NCBI GenBank assembly: GCA_963665385.1
Contig: OY762213.1
Coordinates: 325,793-389,792 of the forward strand
Length of the DNA stretch: 64,000 bases
DNA from: Dehalococcoidia bacterium
GTDB lineage: Bacteria > Chloroflexota > Dehalococcoidia > UBA6926
Reading direction: 5' to 3'
Notes under the pieces: model-generated
What the model saw: only the letters and a program-made list of their open reading frames with translations
Databases searched by the model: none
Told to the model about the DNA's origin: nothing
Made by a program: the position numbers and the translations under genes
Shown: positions 59,597-64,000 of the stretch, piece by piece
How positions within the stretch are numbered: position 1 is the stretch's first letter
Layout of the letters: each line of letters opens with the position of its first letter

Positions 59597-60853
59597 ATGG
59601 CAGCGCCCACTGACGGGCCCCCACAGGAATCCGTCCCCTCTTTTCTTGCGGGCCCGCTCCGGACCCTCCAATTCCGCGATTTCCGTATCCTTTGGGTCGC
59701 CACCATGGCCATGTCCATGGGCTTCTGGATGCAGCAGCTCACGTTGGGCTGGCTGGTGCTCGAGATCTCGGATTCAGCATTCTGGGTAGGCGCTGCCGAA
59801 GCTGCCCGCCTCGCCCCGTTCCTGCTCTTCGGCCTCGTCTCCGGCACCATCGCGGACCGCTTGGAACGGCGCATCCTCCTCCGGGTCATCGTCAGCTGCA
59901 ACATCGTGCTAAGCGTCGCGCTCGGAATGCTGGAACTGAACGGGATGCTTAGCGTCCCAGTTGCCATAGGCGGCGCATTCCTTTACGGCACGGTCAACGC
60001 CTTTCTCATGCCCACCCTCCAGGCGTATGTCCATGACATCGTTGGCAGTCGCCACATCGTGAATGGCCTCGCCCTCAACCAGACGGCGCAGCGCCTCATG
60101 GGCGTCTTTGGCGGGCTCCTGGGCGGCACCCTGCTGTTTGTCCTGGGTATCGGCGGCACATTCCTCGTCATGGCGGTTGGCTATGCGATTGCGCTGTCCA
60201 TATTGCTATTCACTCGCACGTCGTCCCGCCCCGGATTCGGCACGCCGGAACAGCCGTCAGTCCGCCAATCATTTATTGAGGCGCTCGGTCTCGTCGGGCA
60301 CAACCCGTCAGTCCGCGCCCTCCTCCTCCTCTCCGTCGCGACGGAGATATTCGCCTTTTCGCACATCGTCATGATCTCAATCTTCGCCCGCGATGTGCTG
60401 GAGATCGGCCCGCAGGGATTCGGTATCATGGTCGCCGCCCGAGCCGTCGGCTCTGTCATCGGTGTCGTCGCCCTGGCTTCTATCGGCGATAGACTCCCCA
60501 AGGGCAAGACGCTGCTCGTGGCAAGCGCCCTGTTCGGCCTCAGCCTCGCCGCATTCGGCTCACAGCCGTGGATAGTTACCGCGCTGTTCTTCCTGGGCGT
60601 TGCCGGAATAATGGCGTCGATTTTCGACCTTCTCCAGCAGGCTTCCCTGCAGCTCGCCGTGGGCGAAGATCAGCGGGGCAGGGCAATGGGCATCTGGGTC
60701 ATGGGTGTCGGCGCTGGCCCCGTTGGCCACCTGGAGGTCGGCCTGCTCTCCGATTTCACGAACCCGCAATTCGCAATAGTCTTCAACGGCCTAATGCTGG
60801 TTGTCCTGGTCATCCTCGTCACGATGACCACCTCGCGCCTCCGCCGCATCTGA
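59597..60853 (+). CDS. MFS transporter
   Basis: 12 TM helices, MFS topology. Confidence 0.7.
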   Translation: MAAPTDGPPQESVPSFLAGPLRTLQFRDFRILWVATMAMSMGFWMQQLTLGWLVLEISDSAFWVGAAEAARLAPFLLFGLVSGTIADRLERRILLRVIVSCNIVLSVALGMLELNGMLSVPVAIGGAFLYGTVNAFLMPTLQAYVHDIVGSRHIVNGLALNQTAQRLMGVFGGLLGGTLLFVLGIGGTFLVMAVGYAIALSILLFTRTSSRPGFGTPEQPSVRQSFIEALGLVGHNPSVRALLLLSVATEIFAFSHIVMISIFARDVLEIGPQGFGIMVAARAVGSVIGVVALASIGDRLPKGKTLLVASALFGLSLAAFGSQPWIVTALFFLGVAGIMASIFDLLQQASLQLAVGEDQRGRAMGIWVMGVGAGPVGHLEVGLLSDFTNPQFAIVFNGLMLVVLVILVTMTTSRLRRI

Positions 60854-60889
60854 CCGCCTGTCGTTCCGCCCCCGGACAGGCGATCCTCT

Positions 60890-61333
60890 CTACAGCCGGT
60901 CAGGACGCAGTGGGTGTTGCCAACGCAACCCCGGAAACCGCCCGAAATCGGCGTCCGTTGAAACCATCGTGCAGCCGTGCTCAATCGCAACAGCCGCGTG
61001 CTGCGCGTCGGCGACCAACTTTCCCCTGGCCCCGGATTCACGGCAAAGCCTCTCAAAGATACCCAGGTGATCCGGGCCTGGCCCAATCACACGCGCAGTC
61101 GGGCGCTCCAGGAGCGACGTCACGAACGCAAAAGAGTAATCAAGAGTCGATGGAGGATCGAAGACGCGAGAATTCGTGACCACCCGGACGAATCCCGCCA
61201 AGACAAGCAAGGAGAGCGCGAACGGCTCCGGCCCCGTCGCGAGTCGGGTTAGCCAATTCGCATACTCTGCGTGATCCGCAGTGGAGTCCTCAACGTGGGC
61301 ATAGATCAGGACATTGACATCTGGCAGCAACAT
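60890..61333 (-). CDS. vapC: PIN-domain toxin VapC
   Basis: MLLPDVNVLIYA N-terminus with conserved acidic residues (D5, E, D of PIN); immediately downstream of RHH antitoxin. Confidence 0.75.
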   Translation of the reverse strand: MLLPDVNVLIYAHVEDSTADHAEYANWLTRLATGPEPFALSLLVLAGFVRVVTNSRVFDPPSTLDYSFAFVTSLLERPTARVIGPGPDHLGIFERLCRESGARGKLVADAQHAAVAIEHGCTMVSTDADFGRFPGLRWQHPLRPDRL

Positions 61334-61339
61334 CTTGGA

Positions 61340-61597
61340 CTACCAACCCTTCTCCCTCCAACGACCCTCATCATCCTGGACGTCGAGCGCTCGTGGCTGA
61401 TCCAGATCCACGCCGGGAACGGGTCGTACCCCTCCCACCGTGATCAGCCGGAACGGCGGCGAGGCCGGAGGCCCCGCGCGTTTTAGCGCATCATCCAACG
61501 TCTCGGCAATAAAGGCGCTGACGCTCACACCACGCGCTTCGGCGGCACGACGCACTTGGCGGGCAAGCTGTTCATCCAATGAAATTGTAGTTCGCAT
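61340..61597 (-). CDS. vapB: Antitoxin VapB (RHH/CopG-like)
   Basis: MRTTISLDEQLARQVRRAAEARGVSVSAFIAETL ribbon-helix-helix. Confidence 0.7.
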   Translation of the reverse strand: MRTTISLDEQLARQVRRAAEARGVSVSAFIAETLDDALKRAGPPASPPFRLITVGGVRPVPGVDLDQPRALDVQDDEGRWREKGW

Positions 61598-61644
61598 GAT
61601 GCATAGCATAACGCCACTGCATCACTGCATCAACTTATGGCTAG

Positions 61645-62151
61645 CTACCCGCTCGCGTCCTCCAGTTGCTCCCACAACTGCCGTGTCAGCGCCACGTGCC
61701 CCAGGTGCTCACCCAGATGCCGCGCCATCAAGATAATCAGCCCTGCTCCCGTCGACTCATTCCCAACAAATTCCCGTGTGCTGGCAAGCATCTCTGCCGT
61801 CGTCGTGGAGAGCGCCTGCTCAACCTTCGCCTGCGTATCGTCGATCAGCTTGAGAAGATCCGCTGACTTCGTTCCGGCTGCGGCGAATTCAGCCGCGCGG
61901 TCACGCTGCGGCTCCTCGCCACGCGCGACGGCGCACATCCCGCCTGCCATTCCCATCATGTGGGAAACGAGCATGTAGATCGAACTGCTCTCATCGCCGA
62001 CCGGACGCCAATTCAGAGCCTCGCCGTCCAGCCCGTCCACCGCCTGCCTCAGATCGTTCAGCACCGTGTTGAATTGAACCTGTACTCCGGCGATAGTCGC
62101 TTCCGTCAGTGTCATTTTCGTAGTCACTTCCTGTCTGAGGGTGTCTCTCAC
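61645..62151 (-). CDS. DinB/YfiT-like (DinB_2) metal-dependent four-helix-bundle protein
   Basis: His-rich motifs LVSHMMGMAGG and HLGEHLGHV typical of DinB_2 family. Confidence 0.6.
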   Translation of the reverse strand: MRDTLRQEVTTKMTLTEATIAGVQVQFNTVLNDLRQAVDGLDGEALNWRPVGDESSSIYMLVSHMMGMAGGMCAVARGEEPQRDRAAEFAAAGTKSADLLKLIDDTQAKVEQALSTTTAEMLASTREFVGNESTGAGLIILMARHLGEHLGHVALTRQLWEQLEDASG

Positions 62152-62226
62152 GCTATTACCCAGCGTGGTGGGGAAATAAGTGTAGCCTATTGGTCAATGG
62201 GGCGCATCGGGAGCGTTGCCGCCATC

Positions 62227-63108
62227 CTACGCCGGCAGTTGAACCCGCACCACGCGTGGTATCCCGGCTAGGTCAAGCGCCATGTCCACCACCGTCCCCT
62301 CCGGAAAGACCTCCATGGCAACATCCACCATCAATGGCGCCTGCCCGTATCCGACCTCCATCAGGAGCCGCCCCCCGGGTCTCAGGTAGTCAGGCGCCCC
62401 GCGAACCAGCCTCTCGGCGATCGTCATACCGCCCGCCCCGCCGTCCACCGCGACGCGTGGCTCGTGGTCTCGTATCTCCGCTTGCAAGCCAGGAAGATTC
62501 TCTGCCGGGATGTAGGGTGGGTTGCCGATGATGATGTCCATGGGCTCGGACAGCGGCTCTAGTAGGTCGCCTACGCTGAACGTGATCCGATCCGCCGCCC
62601 CGTGCCGCTCCGCGTTGGCGCGCGCTACCTCCACGGCTTCCGCCGAAATATCCGTGGCAATGAATCGCGCCCCCGTGAGCACCGTTGCCGTGGCCACGAC
62701 GATGCAGCCGGAACCCGTGCCGATGTCGGCAATCAAGAGCCCTGCGCCGTCCGCGTGGGCATCGCCCATGTCCGATACCGCGGCGATGGCCTCTTCAACG
62801 AGAAGTTCAGTCTCTGGTCGCGGAATAAGCGCCCGAGCGTCCACGTAGAATGGCAGGCCATAGAACTCCCGCTCACCTGTGATATAGAAGAGTGGTTCGC
62901 GATTCAGCCGCCGACCAAGCGCCTCCCGAAACCGCAATTCTGCACCAGCCGACACTTCCTGATCCGGCTCTGCAAGCAGTGATTCGGGAACAACATCGAT
63001 CGCGTATGCCAGCAGCAGCCGCGCCTCAAGTGCTGCGGAATCGACCCCGGCCGCCTGCAGTTGCGCGCGAGCTTCTGTGAGAAGTCCGCGGGCCGGTTTC
63101 GAGCTCAA
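62227..63108 (-). CDS. prmC: Release factor glutamine N5-methyltransferase
   Basis: NPPY motif ([10 protein letters not shown]), SAM-binding DIGTGSG; overlaps prfA stop. Confidence 0.9.
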   Translation of the reverse strand: MSSKPARGLLTEARAQLQAAGVDSAALEARLLLAYAIDVVPESLLAEPDQEVSAGAELRFREALGRRLNREPLFYITGEREFYGLPFYVDARALIPRPETELLVEEAIAAVSDMGDAHADGAGLLIADIGTGSGCIVVATATVLTGARFIATDISAEAVEVARANAERHGAADRITFSVGDLLEPLSEPMDIIIGNPPYIPAENLPGLQAEIRDHEPRVAVDGGAGGMTIAERLVRGAPDYLRPGGRLLMEVGYGQAPLMVDVAMEVFPEGTVVDMALDLAGIPRVVRVQLPA

Positions 63109-64000
63109 GACACGGATTCGGCGAGCAGCCGTTCCTGCTCCGCCTCGCGCAGTGCATCAAGCAGGGGATTGAGTTCGCCGTCGGTCAACCTGTCCAGCGA
63201 ATGAAGCGTCACTCCGATTCGGTGATCCGTCACGCGGTTCTGTGGAAAGTTGTAGGTGCGAATCTTCTCGGACCGATCCCCCGTCCCCACCTGGGATCGC
63301 CGTGTGCTCGCCAACTCCTGCTCTTGCCTCTGCGTCTCAATCTCCAGCAGCCGCGCCCGCAGAATCGCGATGGCCTTCGTCCGGTTCTGCAACTGCGAAC
63401 GCTCATCCTGGCACGTCACGACGATACCCGTCGGCGCATGCGTCAGCCGTATTGCCGTCGCCACCTTGTTCACGTTCTGACCGCCCGCGCCGCCCGCGTG
63501 GAATACGTCCACACGCACGTCCGACATATTCAGTTCGACGTCCACCTCTTCCGCCACCGGCAGCACGGCCACCGTCGCGGTTGATGTGTGGATGCGGCCC
63601 TGAGATTCCGTTTCTGGCACCCGCTGAACACGATGCACACCGGACTCATGCTTGAGCCACGCGTACGCCGACGCGCCCTGCACGCCGAACGTGACCTCCT
63701 TGAGACCTCCACCGCCCGTCTCGTTCGTGTTCATTAAGTCCGTCGACCACCCGCGCGACTGCGCATAGCGTGTGTACATGCGGAAAAGGTCGCCTGCGAA
63801 CAGAGCCGCCTCGTCTCCGCCCGCCCCGGCACGGATTTCCACGATAATGTCGCGGTCATCCAGCGGGTCGCGAGGCGTCAGCGCGAGCCGCAACTCATGC
63901 TCCAGGTCCTGCGCCGTCGCCGCCAGCTCCTCAGCCTCAGCGGTGGCAAGACCCACCATGTCCTTATCGCCGGACGCCAGCACGTCGCGTGCCTGTTGCA
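63105..64000 (-). CDS. prfA: Peptide chain release factor 1 (N-terminus beyond window end)
   Basis: GGQ motif [13 protein letters not shown], PxT-region; about 60 N-terminal residues missing from window. Confidence 0.9.
   Translation of the reverse strand, partial: QQARDVLASGDKDMVGLATAEAEELAATAQDLEHELRLALTPRDPLDDRDIIVEIRAGAGGDEAALFAGDLFRMYTRYAQSRGWSTDLMNTNETGGGGLKEVTFGVQGASAYAWLKHESGVHRVQRVPETESQGRIHTSTATVAVLPVAEEVDVELNMSDVRVDVFHAGGAGGQNVNKVATAIRLTHAPTGIVVTCQDERSQLQNRTKAIAILRARLLEIETQRQEQELASTRRSQVGTGDRSEKIRTYNFPQNRVTDHRIGVTLHSLDRLTDGELNPLLDALREAEQERLLAESVS

Overview
This 64 kb window is high-GC (about 62%) bacterial chromosome. The gene content and plant-type LRR proteins suggest Chloroflexota or a similar lineage, but that is an inference. 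Most of it is core housekeeping. The minus strand carries a heat-shock operon hrcA-grpE-dnaK with a CIRCE-like operator. Other core genes are hisS, fabI, pfkA, an ahcY-metK methyl-cycle cluster, amtB with a P-II gene, prmC-prfA, cinA, a vapBC toxin-antitoxin pair, an NfeD/SPFH pair and many MFS transporters, including three tandem oxalate:formate-antiporter-like paralogs. The first 11 kb is a cell-surface locus. It holds a 1118-aa cadherin-repeat protein with a C-terminal dockerin-like motif and mosaic near-identical 1.38 kb internal repeats. Next comes an 814-aa repeat protein ending in a (TATPEP)n linker plus C-terminal membrane anchor. Two paralogous lipoproteins with plant-type LRRs follow, one of which carries a 1-bp frameshift. 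Two tRNAs are present, Glu-CUC and Pro-CGG. Three families of short hairpin-forming interspersed repeats cluster in intergenic DNA, and they bracket several lower-GC (about 50%) insertions. The most interesting insertion is at about 23.9-27.8 kb, next to tRNA-Pro. It is a three-gene minus-strand operon encoding a HARE-HTH protein, an 850-aa MORC/MutL-like GHKL ATPase and an unknown 248-aa partner, and I consider it a candidate uncharacterised defence module. A second lower-GC insertion carries an orphan 520-aa HTH + HNH-nuclease protein.
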